Positions 47,168 to 57,143 of a DNA stretch of 64,000 nucleotides are shown here, piece by piece. A program made the position numbers and the translations under genes. The stretch is from IMG/VR virus record IMGVR_UViG_3300025120_010521; one strand, given 5' to 3'. How positions within the stretch are numbered: position 1 is the first letter of the stretch; every line of letters begins with the position of its first letter. Under the pieces are notes generated by a model that saw only the letters and a list, made by a program, of their open reading frames with translations, ran no database searches and was not told where the DNA came from. The DNA comes from a virus (lineage: Duplodnaviria > Caudoviricetes).

Positions 47168-48397
47168 TCAAGTAGATTTTTTTAGCATTTTATTATAAAA
47201 GTCTTCCCATTCTGGAAAAGTTTTAGCAAAATTTTGATTTCTACTTTTATCTAAAACTGCATTATACTTTATAAATTCTTTGTATAATTGTTCTTTTTCT
47301 TCTATACTTGTAATTTTTGTAGCTTGATACAGTGTACTAAGAAACTTACTATACTTGTTTTTTAGCTGTGATGTTAGATCAGATTTGTTTATTTTATCAA
47401 GTACTTTATTAAATTGATCCTGTGTAAGTAATCCTATATTCATATGTTTTGGCCAATATATAGGATTAAAATTAAAATTAACATTACCTTCAAGTTTTTT
47501 ACTATACTCTGTTAAGAAGTCTACTATATGCATAGAGTTTAGCCAAGATATACTTGATAAAAAATTAACTCTTATATAACTTTTCTTTTGCTTTTGAGTA
47601 GAGTTAACAAACATGTCTATATTGTTTTTTACTTTTTCCCAATCATTTTTACCACTTCTTAAATATGCATGTGCATCATTCATTCCATCGAGTGATAAAC
47701 TTATAGACACATCACTAAAGTTTGAAAGTAATTCTATAATATCTCGTTTTCCATATTTTGCAAAACTACCATTTGTGTTTACACTAATTTTTATCTTTGT
47801 ATTTTTTATTTTTATTAACTCATCAAGTAATTGATAGGTGCCTGGCATCATTAGTGGTTCGCCACCTGCTAATCTAATAAAACGTACATATGGTAAATCT
47901 TTTTTTAATTGTTCCCACGGAATATTAGCTTCCATAACACCGGCATTATCAGCAGTTGGTGGAGTGTAATCATGAACTAGTTTAGTATCAGCCAGCCATG
48001 CACTACTACTGTCTATTCCACAAAATCTACATTTGTAGTTACATAGATTAGAACTTCGTATGTCTAAATATTCTAATTTAAAATTATTATATGTTCCGTC
48101 TTTTTCAGTAAATCTTTTGTAATCATATATTCTATCAGCATAAGTGTCATTTAAAAGTTCACGTAAACTAGAACTGTAAGCTGTAGCTTCATCTTTAACA
48201 CAGTCATGACATCCTACAGGAGGTTTATCACCCCATAACATTTCTTTTCTAAGATCTTTAAATGATTGATGATTACTAGTATCTTTTATGTCACCATTAA
48301 AAGGTTTGTCTGATTTGGAATCAAAAACACAACAGTGCTTCCACGTGCCATTTGCATTTAGCTTAATATGATTCCACGGTGCGGCACAAAAGTACAT
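47168..48397 (-). CDS. Radical SAM protein with N-terminal twitch/SPASM-like Cys cluster
   Basis: FCAAPW..CC, CHDC, CNYKCRFC, AGGEPL, NTNGS, SLDG. Confidence 0.9.
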   Translation of the reverse strand: MYFCAAPWNHIKLNANGTWKHCCVFDSKSDKPFNGDIKDTSNHQSFKDLRKEMLWGDKPPVGCHDCVKDEATAYSSSLRELLNDTYADRIYDYKRFTEKDGTYNNFKLEYLDIRSSNLCNYKCRFCGIDSSSAWLADTKLVHDYTPPTADNAGVMEANIPWEQLKKDLPYVRFIRLAGGEPLMMPGTYQLLDELIKIKNTKIKISVNTNGSFAKYGKRDIIELLSNFSDVSISLSLDGMNDAHAYLRSGKNDWEKVKNNIDMFVNSTQKQKKSYIRVNFLSSISWLNSMHIVDFLTEYSKKLEGNVNFNFNPIYWPKHMNIGLLTQDQFNKVLDKINKSDLTSQLKNKYSKFLSTLYQATKITSIEEKEQLYKEFIKYNAVLDKSRNQNFAKTFPEWEDFYNKMLKKST

Positions 48398-48405
48398 TGG
48401 ATCAT

Positions 48406-49155
48406 CTATCCAATAATTATACCAAGTGGGTCACCGCCGTCTGTATAGTTTCTTATTTCTTCTTCTAATCTATCCATTGACACCTGTGCTTCTGCTTTTA
48501 AGTCAGCGCCATTTAATGTAACGCCACCTTGAGCACCAGGTAACTGACCAAATTTTGATCTTGCTTCGCCTAACATCATTTTACATTGTGCAAGTGCATA
48601 TTCTCTTATCCATGATTTTGCATAAGCGTCATCTAATAAAGTTTCGTCAGTACGTTTCATATATACTTGAAGTAATAATGTTTCGTCATTTCTTGGTCTT
48701 CTAACAATTGTTAGTTTTTTAGTTACTGTGTCCCAAGTAAAATTAATTTTATTACCAAACAACCTACCAATAGTTTCTTGATATTGACTAAATGCTTCCC
48801 AAGTAGTTAAGCCACCAATTCTTCCTGCTTGTAAAAAATACAAGTTAGTATATGCAATTTCAAATGGGTCAACATCAACACCTGATTGCTGGTCTGAACC
48901 TAAAGCACGTCTAAATGTTTCACGTACTTCAATTACTTCATTTGGTAATGTATATTCATTTGTATCTTTTTGCATTTGTAAAAATAATGTTGACTCTTCG
49001 TTAGCATTTGACGATCTTTGTCTAAATCTATCAAACGCCATGTCTAATCCCTGATTATAATGTTTAGGGTCAAGTTCAACATCAACCATACCATCACCAA
49101 GTAGGTTACGCATATCATTAATAATTTTATCTCTATTTGATTTCTCTTTGGCCAT
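48406..49155 (-). CDS. gp13: Neck protein gp13-like
   Basis: LGDGMVDVELD, WIREYALAQCK..LGEARSKF...GGVTLNG. Confidence 0.88.
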   Translation of the reverse strand: MAKEKSNRDKIINDMRNLLGDGMVDVELDPKHYNQGLDMAFDRFRQRSSNANEESTLFLQMQKDTNEYTLPNEVIEVRETFRRALGSDQQSGVDVDPFEIAYTNLYFLQAGRIGGLTTWEAFSQYQETIGRLFGNKINFTWDTVTKKLTIVRRPRNDETLLLQVYMKRTDETLLDDAYAKSWIREYALAQCKMMLGEARSKFGQLPGAQGGVTLNGADLKAEAQVSMDRLEEEIRNYTDGGDPLGIIIG

Positions 49156-49184
49156 TTTAATATCCTATACTTGTATTTATTTTA

Positions 49185-50123
49185 TTATTGAAAAATACGG
49201 ACTAGTACAGTTTCTTTATTTAGACGTCCGTTAAGTTTAGTTTCAGTAGTAGATAGTGCGTTAAAGGTGTTCTTAATCGCTTGTAAACCGCCCGCATTTA
49301 GCTTTTCCAGTACTTCTTGGGGTTTACGTACTGTTTTCTGTAAAGCCGTGCTTAGATCGTAATTTAACAGGGTTGTGCCTTTTAATGTTAAACCGTGGTG
49401 TTTATGTGTAGCTTCATATATACCCATTTTCCTGTTTTTAGTATTGAATACTATAACTGCTGAGCATCCAGGTAGATTAATAGGCTGTTCTGATACTAGT
49501 TTAAGATCTTTATCTTCTGCTTTGTATTTTACTTTAGCGGCCATTTTTTCTTTTGATGGTGGCTTATATTTTCGTGGTTTACGTTGTTTCTTTTTATTTG
49601 CTTCCCACAATTCACAATCTTTATAAACACGTTCCCACCATGCAATATGCTGTTTCATTTCAACTTTTGAATACGATTCAAAACTTTCAACATAGTCTTG
49701 TTGTTCATCTGTACGTTCGCTTTGTTTAATGTCTCTATATTTTAATCCTTTTGATTCTTCGTCTATATAGACATCAATCTGTTGTTTTAACATTTTCATA
49801 AAAGCACCTGGTATATCATTAGCAAGGAAATAATTGTATGCTTTAAATTTCTTATGATCACCATTTCTAGCCCATACATGTTCAAATTCGTCATCAATAT
49901 CACCAATAATATACAGCAATCGCTTATGCATACGGTCTTGAATTGACGGTCGTTTTGGCTTTTCTTCAACTACTTCTGCTTCTGCAGGTAGTTCTTTAAC
50001 TGGTTCTAGTTCATCAGACTGCTCAACTACCTCAGACTTAATTGGGCTACTATCTTCATCTAACCGCCTTAGAAAGTCAGGTATGTCCAGTAAGTTGTTA
50101 TCTTTCACGTTTTTCTTCTCCAT
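49185..50123 (-). CDS. T4-like conserved hypothetical protein with N-terminal FtsZ-tail-like peptide
   Basis: LDIPDFLRR at aa 12-20; C-terminal FNTKNRK...GTTL..Y...QKTVRKP; promoter TTGACA-N16-TATAAT at 50141-50168. Confidence 0.7.
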   Translation of the reverse strand: MEKKNVKDNNLLDIPDFLRRLDEDSSPIKSEVVEQSDELEPVKELPAEAEVVEEKPKRPSIQDRMHKRLLYIIGDIDDEFEHVWARNGDHKKFKAYNYFLANDIPGAFMKMLKQQIDVYIDEESKGLKYRDIKQSERTDEQQDYVESFESYSKVEMKQHIAWWERVYKDCELWEANKKKQRKPRKYKPPSKEKMAAKVKYKAEDKDLKLVSEQPINLPGCSAVIVFNTKNRKMGIYEATHKHHGLTLKGTTLLNYDLSTALQKTVRKPQEVLEKLNAGGLQAIKNTFNALSTTETKLNGRLNKETVLVRIFQ

Positions 50124-50207
50124 ACTGCTATATATACATCATTATACATAATTCGCTAGTTTTGTCAATCTTTAGTTGAATAAATACTTACATAAAAGGA
50201 TATTGAT

Positions 50208-52046
50208 ATGCCACGACTCAGCTTATGGAAACCACAAAAGGGTAATGATTACAAGATGATTGACCGGGTGATCCGCGAACATTTTAATGTTGGTGGAACT
50301 GGTGTATTCATACATAAGTACCTTGGTCCACATGCTCAAGCAAATACTACAGATAGTACACAGCCTGATAATTCAGTAGTACGTCCAACTAACATACAAG
50401 ACCTATTATTTTTAGAAAATAGAGATCGTAAGTATGATGCTGATGTATATGACATGCGTGGAGTATATCAAGTACAAGATTCAGATTTTGATTTAACACA
50501 ATTTGGTGCATTTTTATCTAACGATACTATCTATATGACATTTCATATAAATGATATGATTGATATATTAGGTAGAAAGTTAATGAGTGGTGATGTATTA
50601 GAATTACCACATCAACGTGATGACACAATGTTAGACATGGCACGTTTAGAGTTTACCACAAAGCCAGCAAAAAAATTTAGAAAAGGCGAAACTATAACAG
50701 GTGCAACAAGTGGTACAACAGGTACTGTAGTAAATTATAATCATAATGCAAAAGTTTTAAGAATGGTTACCGACGGAGACTTTACAGTTGGCGAAACTAT
50801 TACTGGTACATCAAGTACAGCAACAGGTGACGTTTCAGCTTACTATCCAGAAGGTCCACAAGCTATTAATAGATACTATGTTGTTGAAGACGCCGCAAGA
50901 GGTTCAGAAGGTTATTCACCAACTTGGTATCCACACATTTGGAGAATTAAATGTACTCCACTAACAGACAGTCCAGAGTTTTCAGATATACTTGGTACTG
51001 GTGAACAAAAAGATGATTTAAAGAATTTAATTTCAACATACCAATCAGAAATTGATATTAGTGAAGCTGTTGTTAATCAGGCACAAAATGAAGTTCCTAA
51101 AAAAGGATACGAAACTGCACACTTATATGTAAACAAAGCTGATCAATTTATTCCTGGTAACGTTTATGCACATTGGCAAACTAACATAGCATCATTTAAA
51201 CTTTACGAATCAACAGATACAAATTGGCAAGCATTTGATTACTTTGTTAGTTCAACGGCTCCAACTGCTAATTATAAAAATGGCGACTATTGGTTAGATA
51301 CAACAAGTACTAACTGGGGACTTTATGTTGGTAACGGTACTGTATGGAATAGTCAAACTGTATCAATTGTTGACTCAGCAAATATTGACGGAAGTACCAA
51401 GTCACCAATATCATCATATGTTCCATCAACTGATTATGCTATAGTAGTTTCAGATAGAAATGTTGGTGCATCTTATTTCAAAAAAGTTACAAACGGTTCA
51501 TGGATAAAAATTGCAACTGACTCAACTACTGTAGGACTACTTGGTGTTGACGTTGCTATTAATACTACACAACCTTCAACAAATACAGCTGGAAAAATTT
51601 GGTGGAAAACTAATACAACAAATGGATTAAATGTTTCATTTAAAAAATATTCATCAACTACTGATAGTTGGGTTACACAAGATATTAGTTTACACTCAAG
51701 CCAAGATTCGGCTAATAATGCATTTGGATTTAGTAATAAAGTCGGCGTACATGCTGGATCAGGTAAACCACCAAACGGTATTGCAATAGCACATACAGGT
51801 TCAAGTTTCCCTGCTTCATTAAATGATGGCGATTATATATTACGTACTGATTATGAGCCAAGCAGATTATTTAAGAAAGTTGGTAACAGATTTATTAGAA
51901 TATCAGACGATCACAGAGGCACATACTCTGCGGCTAATAGAATATTAAATACATTTATTGAAAACTCTAGTTCTAATCCTAAAACAGCAGATGGAAAAGA
52001 ACAACAAGGATTAAGTAAAGCAGTTAAACCTAGGACGGACGTATAA
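50208..52046 (+). CDS. gp14: Neck protein gp14-like with insertion domains
   Basis: IQDLLFLENRDRKYD, FDLTQFGAFL, GDVLELPH, WYPHIWRIKC. Confidence 0.8.
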   Translation: MPRLSLWKPQKGNDYKMIDRVIREHFNVGGTGVFIHKYLGPHAQANTTDSTQPDNSVVRPTNIQDLLFLENRDRKYDADVYDMRGVYQVQDSDFDLTQFGAFLSNDTIYMTFHINDMIDILGRKLMSGDVLELPHQRDDTMLDMARLEFTTKPAKKFRKGETITGATSGTTGTVVNYNHNAKVLRMVTDGDFTVGETITGTSSTATGDVSAYYPEGPQAINRYYVVEDAARGSEGYSPTWYPHIWRIKCTPLTDSPEFSDILGTGEQKDDLKNLISTYQSEIDISEAVVNQAQNEVPKKGYETAHLYVNKADQFIPGNVYAHWQTNIASFKLYESTDTNWQAFDYFVSSTAPTANYKNGDYWLDTTSTNWGLYVGNGTVWNSQTVSIVDSANIDGSTKSPISSYVPSTDYAIVVSDRNVGASYFKKVTNGSWIKIATDSTTVGLLGVDVAINTTQPSTNTAGKIWWKTNTTNGLNVSFKKYSSTTDSWVTQDISLHSSQDSANNAFGFSNKVGVHAGSGKPPNGIAIAHTGSSFPASLNDGDYILRTDYEPSRLFKKVGNRFIRISDDHRGTYSAANRILNTFIENSSSNPKTADGKEQQGLSKAVKPRTDV

Positions 52047-53419
52047 TGGCACAATTTTGGTATGATCAACAAATAAGAAGATACTTGTTACAGTTTGTAC
52101 GTATCTTTAATGGATTCCAAGTACAAAGTGGTCAAAAAAATGCAGGTGGAACATCATCGCAAGTTTATAAAACTGTACCAATGCGTTATGCAGATATGTC
52201 AAGAATGGTTGCACATGTACTACGTGGTAATACAGAAAATGCACTAAACTCTACACCTTTTATGACTTGTAATGTAGCAAACTTAAATGTTGCTAGAGAA
52301 CGAAGACATGATCCAAAATTAATTTCATCTCAGCAAATTCAAGAACGTAAATATGATTCTATGAACGATCAATATACTGCCGAACTTGGAAATACATATA
52401 CTGTTGATAGATATATGCCAGTTCCTTATGATTTAACAATTAACGTTGATGTATGGTGTTCAAATACAGAACAAAAATTACAATTACTAGAACAAATACT
52501 AACATTGTTTAATCCAACAGTAGAAATACAATCAAATACAAATCCATTAGATTGGACAAATATTACAGTTGTTGAACTTATTGATATACAATGGTCGTCA
52601 AGATCTGTTCCACAAGGAGTTGATTCACAATTAGATATTGCAACACTTATTTTTCAAGTTCCAATTTGGATTAATCCACCGGCTAAAGTTAAGAAACAAT
52701 CAATTATACATTCTATTATTAATAGAATACATTTAGACGATAACTTATCTGATTTACAATATGACAAAGATATGCAAAACTTTTTTGATCAATTTAGTAA
52801 TCTAGAAGAAATTGTTATTACACCACAAGATACACAAATTGACGTAACTGGAAATACTATTAGTTTATTAAATGCTCATGGTATAAATGAAGGATATGAA
52901 TGGAAAGAATTTTTTGAACAATACGGAGAATTCCAAGAATCTACTTCAAAAATAAAATTAAGAAGATCATCAAATATAGAAGACTCAACTCAAGATATTG
53001 TTGGAACTATTGCTTATCACCCAACTAATGGTAACCAGTTAGTGTTTACAATTGATTCAGCTACATTACCAACTAATACAAAAACAGCTATATTAAAGAT
53101 TGTTGACCCTCAAAAGAATTATCCAAATGATGGTACTCTTGCTGGACAACAAACCGGACAACGATATTTAATAATAAATGACATTGCAAAAAATTCTTCA
53201 AATTGGGGTACTTTAGAAGCATCAGCAAATGACATTATTCAATTTAATGGCACACAATGGGAAGTGTCATTTAATGCAACTGCTAATGGTTCAACTGTTC
53301 AGTATGTAACAAACAGTGCAACTAGCTATCAATATAAGTGGACAGGATCTGAATGGATTGACACTTATCAAGGTCAGTATCGTCCAGGTTATTGGATATT
53401 GAATTTAACTGGAACTTAA
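52046..53419 (+). CDS. gp15: Tail terminator/sheath stabiliser gp15-like with C-terminal extension
   Basis: FWYDQQIRRYL, PVPYDL, QLLEQILTLFNP. Confidence 0.85.
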   Translation: MAQFWYDQQIRRYLLQFVRIFNGFQVQSGQKNAGGTSSQVYKTVPMRYADMSRMVAHVLRGNTENALNSTPFMTCNVANLNVARERRHDPKLISSQQIQERKYDSMNDQYTAELGNTYTVDRYMPVPYDLTINVDVWCSNTEQKLQLLEQILTLFNPTVEIQSNTNPLDWTNITVVELIDIQWSSRSVPQGVDSQLDIATLIFQVPIWINPPAKVKKQSIIHSIINRIHLDDNLSDLQYDKDMQNFFDQFSNLEEIVITPQDTQIDVTGNTISLLNAHGINEGYEWKEFFEQYGEFQESTSKIKLRRSSNIEDSTQDIVGTIAYHPTNGNQLVFTIDSATLPTNTKTAILKIVDPQKNYPNDGTLAGQQTGQRYLIINDIAKNSSNWGTLEASANDIIQFNGTQWEVSFNATANGSTVQYVTNSATSYQYKWTGSEWIDTYQGQYRPGYWILNLTGT

Positions 53420-53455
53420 TTGACTAAAGCATAATTGTGTGCTATAAATAAACTT

Positions 53456-53878
53456 ATGTATGATGCTGTAGGTACAACTTTTTTATCCCAAGATACAAAA
53501 AAATTCTGTTTAAATAAAAGATCAAAAGAAGTAAGTAATCCTGACACTTGGAGTTTTTGGGGTGGTAAAGTTGAACGTGGCGAAACTGTTATAGGTGCAT
53601 TAAAAAGAGAGATTCAAGAAGAAATAGGATTTGTTCCTAAAATTGTAAAAATACATCCATTGGACATTTATCAAAGTATTGATGGACATTTTATGTATCA
53701 TACTTTTGTTATTGTTACACCAACAGAATTTGAGCCAAACATAAACTACGAGTCGCAAGATTATAGCTGGTCAGAAATAAACAAGCTCCCAGCACCATTA
53801 CACCAAGGTGCTAAAAAAACATTGTTAGATAAAAACAATGTTAAAAAACTACAGTTAATAGTAAATAGTATTAGCTAG
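53456..53878 (+). CDS. NUDIX hydrolase (start corrected to ATG 53456)
   Basis: GGKVERGETVIGALKREIQEEIG Nudix box; TATAAATA 5 nt before ATG. Confidence 0.92.
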   Translation: MYDAVGTTFLSQDTKKFCLNKRSKEVSNPDTWSFWGGKVERGETVIGALKREIQEEIGFVPKIVKIHPLDIYQSIDGHFMYHTFVIVTPTEFEPNINYESQDYSWSEINKLPAPLHQGAKKTLLDKNNVKKLQLIVNSIS

Positions 53879-53911
53879 TATTATTGAAAATAACTATATA
53901 AGGTAAGAACA

Positions 53912-54583
53912 TTGTCACGTATTATTAATTTTAACCAGGCAAAAATTGCACACTCTTTTGAACAATTTGCAAAAGACGGTGTTATCACTGATGATATTTT
54001 AGAAAATATTGATTCAAAATTTCATTTCCAGAGTGATATCGATGATGTGTTAGAAGAATATTCTAATAAAGATAAAAAAAAGTTTTTTAATATACTACTT
54101 GAAATAAAAGAAGCAGTAAAGCAGATGACCAGCCAAGAAAATATGGATATTCGTTTTGAACTTGAAGATGAATATTTTAATTTAATACAAAATTTAGAAA
54201 CAAATAATGCAAAGTATAAGATACCTTCAATACTAATAAAATATCGAAAAGATATTAACCCTATTCGTGCATTAAAATTTGAACTACAAGAAATTATGTC
54301 AATGTATACAGTTGAAGATGATTATCACTTATGGCTAATAAAAGAATTTAAAAAAGAAGAAAAAATAAAAGAAATTATGTTTTGTGTTAAAAACGATATT
54401 ATAAAAATTATTGAAATGCAAAAAAAATTTAAGAATGCAAAAAAGAAATATTCATACTTTGTATTACCAATGAGCTATTACCATTGTATTGAGATGGAAA
54501 CTGATATGGTTAAATGGATTAAAACTTTACAAGAATTTTTAGTGTGGAGTACACAAGATGATATTAAAAAACGCTACGATTAA
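53912..54583 (+). CDS. Lys/Glu-rich helical hypothetical protein (TTG start)
   Basis: ORF track; SD AAGGT. Confidence 0.6.
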   Translation: MSRIINFNQAKIAHSFEQFAKDGVITDDILENIDSKFHFQSDIDDVLEEYSNKDKKKFFNILLEIKEAVKQMTSQENMDIRFELEDEYFNLIQNLETNNAKYKIPSILIKYRKDINPIRALKFELQEIMSMYTVEDDYHLWLIKEFKKEEKIKEIMFCVKNDIIKIIEMQKKFKNAKKKYSYFVLPMSYYHCIEMETDMVKWIKTLQEFLVWSTQDDIKKRYD

Positions 54584-57027
54584 ACAACAATATTAATTAA
54601 TTTAATACCACTATCGTTATTATCTTCTAAAGACTTACCAATTACACAAAATCCTGGAGGAGTTGGACTATCATCTGTTAGTGTACATGCTGTACCAGGA
54701 GTAACATTTGTTACAAGTACATCACCTTTTCTAACAGGTCCTTCTACTTTACAAGGAATTTTACCACGAAGTGCAACTGCTACACCATCTGCATCTTTAT
54801 TCATTAAGTATGCTGGGTTTGTTGATACAACACCTGCAACTCTTGAATCTTGTAATGCTCTACATTGTGTTACTTCTTTATCTCCGCCAAATACTAAAAC
54901 TGTACCTGGTTCATAATTATCATCTGATGTGTATATCTCTGCCAAGTCAGCATATTTTGCCGTTGTTGCTGTTGCGTAAACTGTTCCTGCTTGTATATCT
55001 GCGTTTGCTGTTACTGTAATATTTGTTGCTGATTCACCACTTGTTGTTGTAGTAGCAATCCATCTATCTGTTGTTTCATCCCAGAACCATGCCGCATTAT
55101 TTTCTGATGATCCACGTTGTACCATAACACCTGCATCGTTAGTATTATTTGCTGGTTGTGTATCATGTTTGTTTAATAATATAATGGGATCTTCAACGGC
55201 CATATTTTGTACGTCCATTGTTGTTGCTGTACCCATAACTGTTAAGTCAGCATTGATGTTTACATTACCTGAACCATTTGGTGTTAAATTAATATCACCG
55301 TTAGCTGAAGTTGTAATATTAATAACAGCACCTGTGATAGCATTACCATTAACATCCAATGACCCGCCAAGTTGTGGAGTAGTGTCTTCTACTATGTCAA
55401 CTATTCCATCTTCATAGTTGTCATCTGCTATTACCCAAGCACTACCATTGTATTTTAAAATTTTGTTTGTTGCTACACCAGTTGTGGTAACATCTGATAA
55501 ATCGTTTAACGACATCAAACCAGTTGCATCTGAGTTTACCCAAGCACTACCGTTGTATTTTAAAATTTGATTAGTAGTTAATGACCCAATTGTTGTGTCC
55601 GTTAGTGTTGAAACTGTATGATTTGTTGGTGTCCACGTTGACCCATTATATTGTAAAATTTGGTTTGTTGATACTCCAGATGTATTAACATCAGTTAGTT
55701 CATTTAATGTATCAATTAAGTTTGTTCTAAATTCAATTGCTGAAGCATTTACATCACTTACTGTTATATCAACTGTACCTGCTGTCATTCTAGCAACTGC
55801 AATTTTGTATTCTACTGCACCTGTTGATCCCATATTACTATTATCAGCAATAGAAAATGTATACGTGTTACCTTGATAACCTGATGTTTCTACTTTGTGT
55901 ATTGCACCTGCTTTATTACCTGATGATCCGTTCCATGTAAAACTTTGACTCCATCCATAAGCTGAACCTTCAACACTTTTTAATACATAAAATCTTAATG
56001 GTGTGTTTACTGGATTTACAGTTGGCATATCCATTGTAAATGTAATTAATGTAGTTGCTGATGCATCAACACCTGCTAAAGTTAATGTTGCTAAAGTTGT
56101 TGTTGCTGACGGATCTGTAGTGTTAACTGTAATTGTTCCCGGTGACGTTGCTGATATTGTGTGATTTGCAATTGCAACTGCTGGAGAAGTTGGAACAAAA
56201 TTTGCGCCATTCCAAGCAAGATAATTTCCTGATGCAATACTACTAGTATCAACATCTGACAATTGGTTCATTGCCATTAAATTGTTTGTGTCTGTGTTGA
56301 CCCATTTACTTGCACTACTGTTATATTTTAATATCTCATTATTAGAAACACTTGTAATTGTCGTATCTGTTAATAACTCCACAGTAGTTACGTCTGAACT
56401 TGGTTCCCATCTCGAATTTGAAGTACTCCATTTTAAAATTTGTCCATTGTTTGGAGCAGTATTGTGAACGTTTGATAAATCACCAATTGTTGCATTGGCA
56501 ATACGTGCATCTGCTAGTGCGTTTGTAAAAAATTTGTTAGCACCTTCTGTAATATGATCTGTTGTACCAGGTATTGTTAATACACCTGTACTATTGTTAT
56601 ATGCTTGTGAGCCTGCTGTGCCTAAACTAATGGCCGCTCTTGATCTTGCATCTGTGTAATATAAATTACCACTTTCTGGAAGGTCTGCTGTTGATATTTG
56701 ATTAGCACCTGTACCAAAATCAATCATAGTATCGTCAATTGAATTTGCCGCTATACTAATTGTACCTGAAATAGTGCCAGTTGTTGTTAAATTTTTATTG
56801 CCTAAATCCCAGCCACTTGTTTTGTAAACTAAACTTGCTACATTAGATCCACCTGATTCAATAACAATACCTGATCCGTTTGAATCAAGTGTTCCACCTT
56901 TGTTTAGAATAATTCTGTTATCTTTTATTTCAGTATCTGTTGATGTTGTTGTAATTTGTGATCCGGATACTTTTAAATTACCGGTTACAACTAAATCTTC
57001 TGCACTAATAATAGTTTGATCTGCCAT
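54580..57027 (-). CDS. Tail fibre protein with DLSDV..ILKYNG.W repeats and C-terminal intramolecular-chaperone-like domain
   Basis: About seven copies of L.D(V/T)....N.IL.(Y/W)N...W; YADLAE...GVVSTNPA..MN...VAL.G..P.KV..KGD; SD GGAG supports start 57027. Confidence 0.8.
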   Translation of the reverse strand: MADQTIISAEDLVVTGNLKVSGSQITTTSTDTEIKDNRIILNKGGTLDSNGSGIVIESGGSNVASLVYKTSGWDLGNKNLTTTGTISGTISIAANSIDDTMIDFGTGANQISTADLPESGNLYYTDARSRAAISLGTAGSQAYNNSTGVLTIPGTTDHITEGANKFFTNALADARIANATIGDLSNVHNTAPNNGQILKWSTSNSRWEPSSDVTTVELLTDTTITSVSNNEILKYNSSASKWVNTDTNNLMAMNQLSDVDTSSIASGNYLAWNGANFVPTSPAVAIANHTISATSPGTITVNTTDPSATTTLATLTLAGVDASATTLITFTMDMPTVNPVNTPLRFYVLKSVEGSAYGWSQSFTWNGSSGNKAGAIHKVETSGYQGNTYTFSIADNSNMGSTGAVEYKIAVARMTAGTVDITVSDVNASAIEFRTNLIDTLNELTDVNTSGVSTNQILQYNGSTWTPTNHTVSTLTDTTIGSLTTNQILKYNGSAWVNSDATGLMSLNDLSDVTTTGVATNKILKYNGSAWVIADDNYEDGIVDIVEDTTPQLGGSLDVNGNAITGAVINITTSANGDINLTPNGSGNVNINADLTVMGTATTMDVQNMAVEDPIILLNKHDTQPANNTNDAGVMVQRGSSENNAAWFWDETTDRWIATTTTSGESATNITVTANADIQAGTVYATATTAKYADLAEIYTSDDNYEPGTVLVFGGDKEVTQCRALQDSRVAGVVSTNPAYLMNKDADGVAVALRGKIPCKVEGPVRKGDVLVTNVTPGTACTLTDDSPTPPGFCVIGKSLEDNNDSGIKLINIVV

Positions 57028-57094
57028 GCTTTGCTCCAATATGTATTACTATTATTTAGCAGATTTGGCCAATTTATAATATGTGTAGTCAAGG

Positions 57095-57120
57095 GAAACC
57101 CCGGAATAACCCGGGGTTTC
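57095..57120. terminator. GC-rich hairpin downstream of major capsid gene
   Basis: GAAACCCCGG-aataac-CCGGGGTTTC perfect 10-bp stem. Confidence 0.75.
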
Positions 57121-57143
57121 TTGATTTAAAAACGTATAATTTA

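Noticed and set aside
53435-53455. Tracked start of the NUDIX gene
   Set aside because: This segment contains the TATAAATA box itself; ATG 53456 is preferred
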